Shown in pieces: positions 34,072 through 45,722 of a stretch of DNA of 47,993 nt. Made by a program: the position numbers and the translations under genes. The stretch spans positions 1-47,993 of the forward strand of contig JYFJ02004652.1 in assembly GCA_000934665.2 (NCBI GenBank), given 5' to 3'. The stretch is from Catajapyx aquilonaris. Its lineage: Eukaryota. The stretch's first letter is position 1. Each line of letters opens with the position of its first letter. The notes under the pieces were generated by a model that worked only from the letters and a program-made list of their open reading frames with translations, did not search any database and had not been told where the DNA came from.

Positions 34072-34725
34072 GTAAGTGGGACAGGGACTGGGGGGGCAGC
34101 TAAGTGGGACAGGGCGTTGTTATAAGTTAGGAGTGCTGCTATGCTGTCTAAATGTAACTGTAATATTACGTATGTACTGCATCCGGAAATAGTTTTGTCA
34201 CCTAGACCAGATTAGGATGGTCAACGACAGAGGTTTGCATGAAAGTCACGGGGAAGCAGGTTAGCCGTCAAAGTAGGCTAATTAAAGTGTGATAATAAGA
34301 AACGGATAAGAAGGGGTTGTTACTTTCCCATTAATTTTTACCACTCACACTGACTGTGAGTGATAAAGTCGCAGACACACAAGGAAGAATGATAAAGTGA
34401 CAATTTCGTGCAGTTTTGACCACCTAAATGACCAAGCGTCTCGTCGCCAACAGACTCTAACGGTCAAGCCACCTGTTGGTTTGACATTAACAGATTATAG
34501 GTTTCATAAATAATGCCAAGCCAACTGAATCTTTTATCTTCGCAATTTATAGTAGCTCGATAGTAGGCCTATGCAACATTTAATGTGCTTTCATAACAAT
34601 GATGATTTAATGAGTGCAGACCTAGATGTAATTTGTTTGAATGATCATTGTACTAAATACGCAATGTTTTATTCGAACCAGAAACCAAATATGCAAACAT
34701 TTTAATTATAGGAAGCGAATCCAAG

Positions 34726-35469
34726 ATGGCAGCCAATGATGTGCAGATGGAAGAGGAGGCCCCTGAAGAAACCAGTTTGTTCAACCAGAAGCTGACTTAC
34801 GACGAGATATTGGTGTTATTCTCGTACCTAACTACCTATGAGAAGCTGATGATCGTCCCTCGCGTCTGCAAGTACTGGTCGAGGATTGTCCTGAACAACC
34901 TGTCTCTCTGGAAGAAGATGGACATCGCCGCAGTCGACCACATCCCAACCTCATTTGTGGTGTGGCAGATCCAGAAGGCAGGACCAGTCCTGAAGGAGCT
35001 GAACTTGGTCGGAAACTTCTTCTGGCTCAAATTCAACTGCAACGAAATCATGAAGGCTGCCATTAGGTGCTGCCCTAACCTGAAGATCCTCAGGATGACC
35101 AACTGCTATGTGACAGACAAGTCGACGGTGGACAAGATGCCCGACTTTTGCTCCAAGCTGACCACTGTCCAGATGCATGAGACCACCATCAGATACCCGA
35201 AGGAGTCCTGCGATTCTAAATGCATGATGGAGTTGCTGGCAGCTATCAAATACGAGCTGATCGGACAGCCCTACCCGTATCCTGTCAACTCTTGGTCACT
35301 CTTTGTCCCTCCTTCGATGATGAACACCGTCCGTGTGGTGGTGCCGAAGAAGAAGAGGGAATCAGCAGGAAGGAGGTTCCTGAAAAGGATGCTGCATCCT
35401 TGCCAGAAGAAGTCTAAGGATGCTGGATATGACAACGACAACTCATCTGCCGGTGCGTCCAGTCAGTAA
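34726..35469 (+). CDS. F-box protein with a short LRR region and a basic C-terminal tail (gene D), 247 aa
   Basis: F-box LTYDEILVLFSYLTTYEKLMIVPRVCKYWSRIV...SLW. LRRs CPNLKILRM and CSKLTTV. PKKKR NLS-like motif. Paralogous to 31489 and 5802. Confidence 0.88.
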   Translation: MAANDVQMEEEAPEETSLFNQKLTYDEILVLFSYLTTYEKLMIVPRVCKYWSRIVLNNLSLWKKMDIAAVDHIPTSFVVWQIQKAGPVLKELNLVGNFFWLKFNCNEIMKAAIRCCPNLKILRMTNCYVTDKSTVDKMPDFCSKLTTVQMHETTIRYPKESCDSKCMMELLAAIKYELIGQPYPYPVNSWSLFVPPSMMNTVRVVVPKKKRESAGRRFLKRMLHPCQKKSKDAGYDNDNSSAGASSQ

Positions 35470-36519
35470 ACCTAACATTTTCATGGTACCTTTCATATTG
35501 TGTTTTTTATTGTGCGAAATTCAAAAAGTGTGAGGTCAAGTAGTTATTTGAAACACCAATTTTTATTCTTCATAATTAATTTTGAACTTTTGTGTCCAAC
35601 TGTAAGTTGTTTCCATTATTTTATTATGTGCAAATGTGACTTGGTGTCTTGCCCTACAAAAGAGTCCAAAATATAGAGATTTGATTGACCTATCACAAGT
35701 TCAAGGGAGAAAACTAACGAGATTTTCTATCGACAATATGATGTATTGCTATTAGGAATTTGGTAATAGCAGGAATAACTTTGTGACATTATTAATTCTC
35801 TTTAATCGGTGCATAGTACATTGTATACACTATAGTTTATTTTGTATTCCGCAGCAATCATGCCCTATGTAATATTTCCATAGTCATGGACAAGACTTGG
35901 TACAATATTTGATGATTTGTTGTGCTGTTGTAGCATATTTTAATATTGTTCAACCGACACTTACATACTGTCGCCTTACCCTGAGCAATTTTGTGATTTG
36001 TACTACAACTTGTGCTGTATTTTCAAGGTAACGCAATAAAGTCTACTTGACGCAAAGTGGTGAACACAATTGCCCACAAGTCGCATACATTCCATGATGA
36101 ATTACCAGTAGCCGCAGTGCACACAATGCAAGGTAATGGCAAATTAGCAACAATGGAATTTTCGACTCTCCATTAGCAGCGGATATTCTGGTAGCTGCTA
36201 TTCACAAACCAGTACCGGATAGCGTAGTAGTGAGAATTAAGAGCGAGCGCAAGAAGCGGCAACGGTGTAAACAAGTGAAGGAGACGAGCCGCCGCCTATG
36301 GACAATGCGGTGTTGATGAGAATGGAGCAAGACAGGTCAGTATATCTGGGTCATTCCTCGTGCTGTGTGATTTTTGGCGTAAAAAGTAGGTAGAGCGATG
36401 CCCCAGGAAAGTACTGGAAAATTAACTTGGCATGACCCGCGCATGACCTCCCTAAACCCTAGTTTGCATAACACAAGGAGTATTATTCTTATAGAGGTCA
36501 CAGGGAGTGAGGAAAGTGA

Positions 36520-36771
36520 AGCGGCAGAGAGGGCTGGACCCCTAAAGAGTGGATGACCCTTCTGCAACTGAGCGCCCAGTGGGCATCCGTCGTGGAAAGC
36601 AGGGTGGTAGATGCGCAAATGTACAGGAAGGAGGAGGAAGCTTGGAAGGCCATTCAGGTTGGATTTGTTGCAGTTCATGGCGAGGACAGCATGAGGCCTG
36701 TCAGACGAATGAAAGAGATGTATTGGCGGCGGAAGGCCCATGCGATAGAAGAAGCTCGAGCTTTCAAGAAG
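36520..36771 (+). pseudogene. Myb/SANT-like DNA-binding domain remnant (MSANTD / Harbinger ORF2 type)
   Basis: GWTPKEWMTLLQLSAQWASVVESRVVD...KEEEAWKAIQVGF...RPVRRMKEMYWRRKAHA fits the W-T-x-x-E..LL..K..AW..I...F...R....K..Y/W pattern. In-frame TGA at 36517, donor AAG|GTGAGT at 36772. Confidence 0.55.
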
Positions 36772-37043
36772 GTGAGTTCCACCAAAGGGAATTTCCCCGG
36801 AGTCAGCAATATTGGTTGACACATTGCCCAAGAGTCTTCATAAATAATACCGCTCGCAATGAATATGTGGCAGGGAATGGAAAATGTGACTACAGCCAAA
36901 CCTTGTCAGCTTGTCAGTTTTATTCATTATTTTTGGCATTTGCAAGGTTTTCCTGTGAGAAAGTAAGTAATGTTTATTTTCCCAATGAGCATTACAATCT
37001 TAGTACAAACCATTTATACAATGTTATGAGTACCCATCTCTAA

Positions 37044-37189
37044 AGCTGTGTTTACATGCGAGCAATTTGATCAGCGATGTTGCAGTGATGTACATTGCTG
37101 AGCGGAAGTAACAATTATGGTAACAAGATATTTTCTCTCCAAACATCGCTGCAGCATCGCTGATAAATTACTTGCATGTAAACGCAGCT
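37044..37189. mobile_element. palindromic MITE (PIF/Harbinger-like)
   Basis: AGCTGTGTTTACATGCGAGCAATTTGATCAGCGATGTTGCAGTGATGT pairs with ACATCGCTGCAGCATCGCTGATAAATTACTTGCATGTAAACGCAGCT. Confidence 0.7.
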
Positions 37190-37439
37190 GGACAGGTACT
37201 TGCCCAACACCAATGAAGTTCGCCTAGCACGAAAATGACCTGCATGTCGATGTTACAAATACTAATTACTTGAGAATGAATCATGTTTTAATCACACAAC
37301 TTATATGCTAATGAGCCACATATGGCAGAGCAATGTTGGGGCGAGATATCAATGTGTTTGTTAGTGGAACAAGATGAATAGGACAGTATTTATTTAGCGT
37401 GCCGGGGAGCAATGGAGTTCGCCCAGAGCGCTAAACGTG

Positions 37440-37930
37440 CCACAAAGTTCGCCTAGAAGCAGGTGACATTGCCATGGGCAGCAATGAAGGCCTCCACACA
37501 ACACGACATGTGTTGAATGAGCTCTGGCACTCGGCTAGAGTGGCGGTGTCCCGAATTTCCCACAGTTTGGCCCTCATCAAGGGATGCCTTGGTGCAAGGA
37601 TGTTTCCTCTGAAGTACCTTCTTCATGATTTTCCCATCTATCTCAATCGGATTGAGGTCCAGGCTGCTCCAAGGCCACGTAGAATGTCAATCCCCTTGTC
37701 TGCTTCCGCTGTTTTGGCAAGATCCAAAGTCCATAGAAATATTAAGTTGACATCCAGATGTAAGATGTAAGGCTACTGAGGTCACACACAGTGGATGTTC
37801 TCTCAAAATCTCCTGAAACGTGGCTGTATCGATGGTGCCACTGATGCCATGAAAGTTGCCAAGGCCGACACTACCCATGCATCCCCACGCCATAATGTTG
37901 TGTGCATGTTTGACGGTTCTAGTGAGACAT
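37440..37930 (-). mobile_element. degenerate Tc1-like transposase fragment
   Basis: MAWGCMGSVGLGNFHGISGTIDTATFQEIL and, in another frame, WPWSSLDLNPIE (decayed WPxxSPDLNPIE). Confidence 0.8.
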
Positions 37931-39972
37931 TGGGATGGTACGCCACTTCCTTTGTTTGCAGTACTTGATTATGGATGTCCCTGTATACTGACTAATTTAT
38001 CGCTAAACTTGACTAATTCCACATCTGATGTGCCCAATTCTTCCATTCCTTCTCCCAAGCAAGTCTTTTTCCTGTTCCGGTACTATCAAGAGTGGTTTCT
38101 TCTTGCCCTATTGTCAAGAGGGCAGGTCCTGATTTCATGAATTCCCCGTTATTCTTTGAGAAGTTCTGCATAAAAGTTCATCTTCATGTCACGGATGCAG
38201 AGTAGACAGGTTGTTGTGGGGACCACCTTTTGGGTCACCTCTGACCATTTTGAAATTGATGGTTTCTGCTCCTTTCGCCGATTTTGCGACATATTTTTTC
38301 AACTCTCAGTTTTCCTTGCTGCAGTCACGGTTTTACATAGTAGCACATGTATCACGTGCTACGGGCCCGGCGCATATAGGGCCCCCGCGGTGATGCGTAC
38401 ACTTGTACGCTGGTTATTAGACATTTTTCGTAAGCATTGCAAATTATCTTGCACAGTACATTCGTATTATTTGCTTGAGTGGATGAAGTTTATATGGAAG
38501 CAAAGGGGTCTGAAAGTATAGTTGTGCGGGTTTGACCGAGACTGGCCGGATATACTTGGGAGTGGGGTAGTCAACGACGATTTTTTTTTCTTCAAGTGAA
38601 CAATGTTAGGTATATACACATAAGGTATGGTATTTCTTACGCATTCAGAGGCGCTGGTTTTGCATATGAAGTCATCAGTTTTCTATCGGCAACTATCTTC
38701 TTGAAACAAACCTCCCCTCTCTCTTCTAGAAAGTAACATGTATTATTTAATAAAATAAATGCCGGCTGTACAATGTGGGAACACTGCAAACGATATACAA
38801 TATTTTGTTGAACCATACTCTTGCGTATTTTAAATTTTTTAAATAAATTCATTGTTCGTGAACAATATGCAGCTCCAAAAAAAAATTGCCATCATCTACC
38901 ATTGTCCTAAAAATTAAAATTAAAATTCTGGAAAGTTCATATTGTTCCAGCTCTAGCCAGTTCAAGTACGAAAAAATTTGCAAATTCGCTCATCAAATAT
39001 GGCAATGTTGGAATGTGGAGAAAGTTAGCAGCTGACTCCAAATCTTCATTATTTTGTTAATTAAAAACCGACGAATCAGGGGCCAAAAACACAATTTTTC
39101 TGTTAAGCTTTTGATTTTTGCCAGACGACATTGCATGATAATGATTCTCCTGTTTTCCCAAGGTCAGTGCCACTGATAATGCACGTCCTGAGGGGGTGGG
39201 TGGGTGGGTGCAAATCGGCCAATGGCAACCATTCCTAGCTTCTACCTGATGGAAGGAGGAGAGTGTGCAGGTTATGTGTGATGTGGTATGACAGGGTATG
39301 ACCCCTTCACCGCATCAGGAAGTCTACCGGTATGTATAATAACAAGACTAACAGCCGTTCACATGAAGTTCATTAAGTAAACTTAGTCAAGAGGAGTCTG
39401 TTAATTGACCATTGTGTGCCAATGATGAGCCAGTCAAATTGGGGCGAATTAAGTTGCAGGATAATAATGTCTCTAATGCACTTTATTTATTATGTAGATT
39501 GGGTTTGTGGTATGCTGCTGGGACACGGACACACCATCTGGACACCATACTCTGCCAGCAGTGCGGTCAAGTTGGTCACAAGATGTCCTGGACATAGAAG
39601 CCATATCGTGAGGATGCTCAACAACCTTGGATGTAACTGAAATTAATTGATTGGTAAGTTTACGACATACTCTTGAGCCATGATTAATGGCATATGATGT
39701 AATAAGCTGAAGGTTATAGGCTTATACACAGGATAATATATTTAATAGTCTAATTCTAATAGGCCAATGGGGTTGGGCTCATCTGGAGACTGTGTGGTGC
39801 AACATAAATTGAGTCAAAAAGTCGACATTCAAATGTATGGTCCTAGGACGAGATTACGCATAATAACGCTTTTAAATTTTTACATAAACTTTGGTCGAAT
39901 TTGCCCATTTCCTAGAGTCGCAACATCATTCGCTAAAACAGATGATTAAATTTCTGTTGTCATGTTGAAGTA

Positions 39973-41241
39973 CGAGGTAGGCGCCAAAAGTTTCCGTCCT
40001 GGCTATGTTCCAGGGGTGATAGAAATGAAACAACTATAGTGTCAGGTAGTCCCAACCATGAGTTGAGGAATGTACAAGTTTCACCCGGCAACGTCAGTCA
40101 GTCTCTTAGAAAAGTCAACTTTAGTTAGACGAGTTGCAACATGGTGAAAATCGAGTATCGAGAGTGATCAAGTTCCTCACCAAGGAAGGCCTTACTACGA
40201 TGTCTATTAAACAGGCCTTGGGTGGTGTGCATGGTGAAGCATCCTCTTCATATTCCACCATGAAGGAATGGGCTAAGCAGTTTCGTTTGGGCTGAGAGAA
40301 CATCGAAGGCGGGCTATGCGACTTTCGGCCCTTGGAGGTGATGACTGCAGAGACCGTCTCTCTTGTGGAGGAGTAGGTGCTGCAAGCAGGCCCTTGGAGG
40401 TGGAGGAACTCTTGGGAAGGTTGTGGCTTTCAGACACCACCATTCCTCTCATTATTCATGAACACCTTCACATGAAAAAGGTCAGCACAAGATGGGTGCC
40501 CCAACTTCTGTCCGCAATTAAAAAGCAAAAATGCGTAACATGTTGCGAAACGTTTTCGGACCTTCGCCGTGGCAAACAGAAAGAAGTACTGGAGTTCATC
40601 GTCACAGGAGATGAAACTATGGTCCCGTGCTATGATCCTCTATCAAAATGAGAATTAATGGAATAGCTTAGGGCAGGCGGAAAGCGGCCGAGTGACCCGG
40701 TCAACCAAGAAGACCATGGTGACGGTTCTTTAGAATTTCAAAGGAATCTTATACTAATAGACTTCAGGGATTAAACCTCGATTGTCTACGGGGAGTCTTA
40801 CTCTGGCCTGCTGCACAGGTTTCGACCATTTCGTGATGCCATGAAGAAGAACAGATGCGGGAAGTTGAGTTGGGGTGTTCTCCAACATCTGGATAATGAA
40901 CGAGGTTACAGGACAATGTTTCCAAGACTGCTGTGAGGAACTGTGGCTTCGTGGAGCTTGATCACCCACTCTACTGGCCCCTAGTGACTATTACCTGTTA
41001 TCCAAACTCAAAAAAGAACTTCAAGGTACGGTTTAAAAGTGATGAAGAGGTGTAAGAGGCAGTATACGAGCATTTTGTAGAGAAAACTTTGGACTATTCT
41101 TCCAGAGGTATTGAAATGATAATTATGAGATATGAGACGTGCATTGATGTAGAAGGAGACTATATTGAAAAATGACACTGTCGTTTTATTTCCATCACCC
41201 CTGAAACATAGCCATGACGGAAACTTTTGGCGCCTACCTCG
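39973..41241 (+). mobile_element. full-length degenerate mariner element, 1269 bp
   Basis: TIRs starting CGAGGTAGGCGCCAAAAGTTTCCGTC, with similarity extending about 70 bp, and TA TSDs. Broken transposase with VIKFL, WVPQLL and IVTGDETMV motifs. Confidence 0.92.
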
Positions 41242-41702
41242 TAGGTACCCTATTGATAGTTTGTCACACATTAAATAATGTCATATGGGACTGGGACAAT
41301 TGTAATAATTTCTTATCTTCCCGGAGCCATTTGAAATTTAAAATATTTTAAAGCATAATTTGAACCCTTAATTTGTACAAGTCAGCCAACAAATTAGTCA
41401 AATATCTCATTCACTTATAAATAGCTACAGTTACAGGCTACTTCTAATATTATTATTTTGCACAGTGGGAATCAATCCCGGATGGGAACCCTTCCAGGAT
41501 TGATTTTTCAGTGACTCTTAATGCTTTTTAAATCTTAAGTTATTCATAATAGTGTTACATGAAAAAAAAAAAGTTCAACGTAGATTTTGCCTAATTAAAT
41601 CCCCAACCAGGTGATTTGAGTTTGAAAATCAGGATTTTGCAATTTTTCGTATTTCTTACGGCCACTGAAAGGGTTAGGAGTGATGTATTGGAGAGTTTTT
41701 AA

Positions 41703-42338
41703 CCCTGGAACCGTGCCGTGCCTACGAGTATTACAGCAACCTTGCCGCGGGGTCTTTTCGGACCCCACCATATTTTAATTTTTACTAATTATTATATAAT
41801 ACTTTTCAATATATTGACTATATACATTAATTCTTTCAACAATGCTTAAAATGATCGCTAATTCAAAATAAACCTGCACTTCATGTACTGTAAAAAAATG
41901 CCAAAAGTTCATTGTAATGATCAATAATAATAATTAATAATAATAATTGTTGGGGTAGTGCTCACCCAGAAGGTGTTTTGCACGGACCTTTATTTTCAAT
42001 TCGTACATTTGGAGCCTTGAACGAAGCGCCCGGGCCCACGGGCAGGATGACAGGAGGGGATGTGCAAGGTGCAGTGCGACTGACGTGGTGGCCATTTTTA
42101 GTGAACTCCCCCGGGTGGTTTAGTCTGTAGGAAATACCACCCGAGACGAAGCCAGAGGTGACCCTGAACTCTGCACGAGATGAAGGGGGTGTCCCCGGGT
42201 TGGGATCGAACCCGGGACCTTAACATCCGTGGGCGCGCACGTTACCGCGGCGACACTCCGTCTCCCCTCATTGTATTGATCATTTTAAAGCATTTTTTCC
42301 CTTGGGGTCCAAAAAGACCCTACGGCATGGCTCCAGGG
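41703..42338. mobile_element. non-autonomous piggyBac-like element
   Basis: TTAA-CCCTGGAACCGTGCCGT ... ACGGCATGGCTCCAGGG-TTAA, with subterminal GGGTCTTTT.GGACCCCA inverted repeats. Confidence 0.8.
41924..42267 (-). mobile_element. tRNA-derived SINE family B nested in the piggyBac-like element
   Basis: Homologous to 15450-15695. TSD TCATTGTA(A/T)TGATCA at 41909-41923 and 42268-42282. Simple-repeat tail. Confidence 0.85.
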
Positions 42339-42954
42339 TTAAATAGTTTTTTCTGGCTATGCTAGAAAAGGGTAAATATTTGAGTTGGTCATTGTTCACG
42401 AAGAGTAATATATCATAAAATAAATGATCTTACGTCCTTGTTTGACAATGTGGCAATTCAATGAAAAACCAGCGGTATTGCACAAAATTAACTCCCATAA
42501 AATAGATTTTAGTGGACAACTTGCAACCTTAAGAAATTGCTATCCGTTCATCTTTATCGTATCCGTTAAAAACGTTTAATCAAAATCTCTCAATCTCCTA
42601 ACACCTCATGTAGCCATGTGAAGTTTGAAGTTAATTTTTAAATCCAAATTTTTTAGTTCGGAATCTAACTTTGGTTTCACTCTTCACCAAATATTTCAAG
42701 AAACAAAAAAGACTGAAAATTACCGTGGGTCATTGCAAAATCAATCCTGGAAGAGGTCCTTAATGAATTTTGTGATTTTCGCACCCTCAGCTCAGAGAGC
42801 TTTGACGTCTTAGTCTGGCTCAAGTGGTGATAACTGAATTGCAGGATTTGAAGTACAGTAGTTCAAGACTGCTCACAATTATAATTATTATTATTGGTGA
42901 CAAAGATGTTGATCTTGCAGAAGTTCATCCAGTCTCATTTACGTGAAGGTTCTG

Positions 42955-43286
42955 TTTTTTTTTTTTTTTTTTTTTTTTNGGGGGGGGGGGGGGGGGGGTT
43001 GCCACCTTTTTTGGAATTTGTTTTTTGGAGCGAGTTTAAGAAGAATCTTAATTAGTATGCTCCAAGGGTGGGTGGGAGGGGATGTGCAAAGTGCAAGTGC
43101 AATGTCTCTAATCGTCATTTTGTGAACTCCCCCGGGTGGCTTAGTCTGCCGGAAATTGCCACCCGAAGCGGAGCCAGAGATGGCCCAACTCTGCACGAAA
43201 GAAGGTGGGAACCCCGGGTGGGGATTGAGCCCGGGACCTTAACTTCCGTGGGCGCGCGCGTTACCGCGGCGCCACACCGTCTCCCC
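42955..43286 (-). mobile_element. tRNA-derived SINE family B with poly(A) tail
   Basis: Same head as the other B copies. TSD GGTTCTG at 42948-42954 and 43287-43293. Poly-T run, with an N at 42979. Confidence 0.85.
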
Positions 43287-45722
43287 GGTTCTGGGTTATT
43301 ACCAGGCATCAAACATATCTTGGTGGAATTTGTAGTCTGCTAATGGCATTAAAATGCTAATGGCACAAAGCACTTGATTGTGTGGCAATGTAACCTATAA
43401 TAAGTAGCCTAGCTAATTCTTCTGATAACAACTATTACATGTAACTGTGCAAAAGTCACTGCATGGCTAAGCACATATGTAATTGCCACAAGGAGGCAAT
43501 GAGCACTCTCAATGACCTTGACTCATTACACCTTGCAGAATGATGATGCATCTGATTGGTTCATGACATCACCTGCCTGATTCTGCCAAACCAACAACCA
43601 CTTTGGCCGCATCCAAATCAATTTGTGGAATCAAGCAATGCGAGGTGCTGTCATCATCTGAGGCGCTGTCATCATCCGAGGCCTCAACCCTTCATTTGCC
43701 ATCTACTATCCTGGCACACCAGACATGGACATGGTAAGCATTATTACAATTGTACACCTCATGTGTTGAAGTGCTGAGGCTGCCCATACATTAGGCAATG
43801 AATATGGAAGCCAGTGGATATTGGAAGCTAGTGCTTGGTCAGTGAGAACCGTAGCTTTTAGAAGGAAATGTTAATTGGCCATTCATTTTGAAGCCTACAG
43901 TTAACCATTATTATGAGGAGTTTCATCATCATCAACATCACGACATTTCCCTATGAGGGGTAGTCAGCGATGAAGGGAGACGCAAGCTAACCCAACATAT
44001 GAACTAATAATTAAAAGTCGTAAAAACAAACCTAAAAACAATTATGAGGAGTTTAAAGAAAGATTACGTACTGCATTAACACCCTACAACATCAGGTGCT
44101 TGTTGTGGCCATTTTTGGTAGGTGGTCATACTGTATAATGTATTTGTCCGAAATGCATATCTTCTTCCTGCGATGTCACATTTATCTGAGTTCTTGTCTG
44201 CTGAGCACCTGTGGGAGCGAGTGGCTGGGAGTCATTTGACATGGGCCTAGCCACCCCTTTGTTGACGTCATGTATCTACAAGTGACATCAGCTGCATTGC
44301 ACAATTATTGCCCAGTCTGTACTAACACATGCTCCTAATTTGGGCCTGTAATAGGCTATTGATCAAGTTTCTGCTACCACTGTAATGTTTGAAATGGAAT
44401 CATTCAGTCTTCAATTCTACATAATATGACGAAATCATTCCAATATGACTGATTGTTCTGCAAGGTCGTCATAATTAGGATTTGCAGTTGTTCATAATTT
44501 TTTCTCGTTTTTTTCACAGGATGTAAGTGATGCAACATCCACTACACTTCGCGGAGGAGGATGCTTTGGACCAGTCTTTGGAGGCACAATGTGAAAATCC
44601 CACTTGGTTCGACGACAGCTGATTTTCATCCCAATCCATGTCTCCAATCAGATGCGTCAAACTCATCTTGGTTGTTCTTCGAGTACGTTTTTGCAACTCA
44701 ACGCCCATGGTGAGCATCATATACTTGTACCATTGTGCTGCTGCTATCCCAAGTTGTTTGGCAGTAATTTTTAGGACTGCAATGGGATCTCTCATTATTG
44801 AGGCTTATACTTGATGGGAGGATACTGAGGAAATATATTGCAGCTGTAGTATGCCTCACATCCATGGTTTAATGTTAGTTTAATAAAATATGGGAAGGCA
44901 TTAATTTAATTTTTGTGAGCCCTTTCACGTCAGATTTCCAGATGGTAAAATGGGTTTAATTGCATGTTGAGACATGAAAAGGGCAGAGAACTGTTGCAAA
45001 GTGGAGGAAGATAATGGTTTGAAACTGATCAGATTAATTAGATATCAAAATGGTAATTTTAATTAATAAATCTGTCACATCAGGCTGCAATTAAATTTCT
45101 AAACCTTGATGTAGCAGCTGACGCTGCGATAACAGTTGAAGTTATTTACCCATAGTGTCCCAAGCCTTGTTGACTGAAATCGTCATTTAGCCATGTGACT
45201 AATTAAGTGCATAATGGCCAATACTTCTCTAGGCTTTTTACGATTCTTTTCATAAAGGTGATGTCATTGGCATAAAAATTTTATTGTTGTATAGGCCTAT
45301 ACACCACAGCTAGGTCCCCATGATATTTATTTCGAAGTATGTTGTTGATTAAATAAATCTGCATTATGAAGGCACTTCATGAATATTGTTCTTGCTGGAC
45401 AAAGTCTGGCTTAATCATCTGCAAGTCATTTTTTTAGTTCAGCTGGTCTTGTGGTTGATATGCTAAGTGTTTCAAGGTCAAATTCTGGTGGAAAGTGCAG
45501 TGCTTTAAAATTTCCCACTTGCATCAACTATTGTCCATTTTAATTACCAAGCCTACTTATCTGCCACCTGTCAAATAGTTTCTATCAATTGTTTCCTTTT
45601 CTTTCTAGATTATGTCAATCATCCTGGAAAGTATGCAAGGATCAAGCAGCCTAACAAACAAGTTACTTTGAAGATCCTGGAAAAGAGCAGCAGTCAGAAG
45701 AACAGTTATATTATTGTGAACA

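Larger units (their letters stand above)
41484..42761. mobile_element. outer inverted-repeat element hosting nested insertions
   Basis: CTTCCAGGATTGATTTTTCAGTGACTC (about 41490) is the imperfect reverse complement of GGGTCATTGCAAAATCAATCCTGGAAG (about 42727-42753). Confidence 0.55.
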
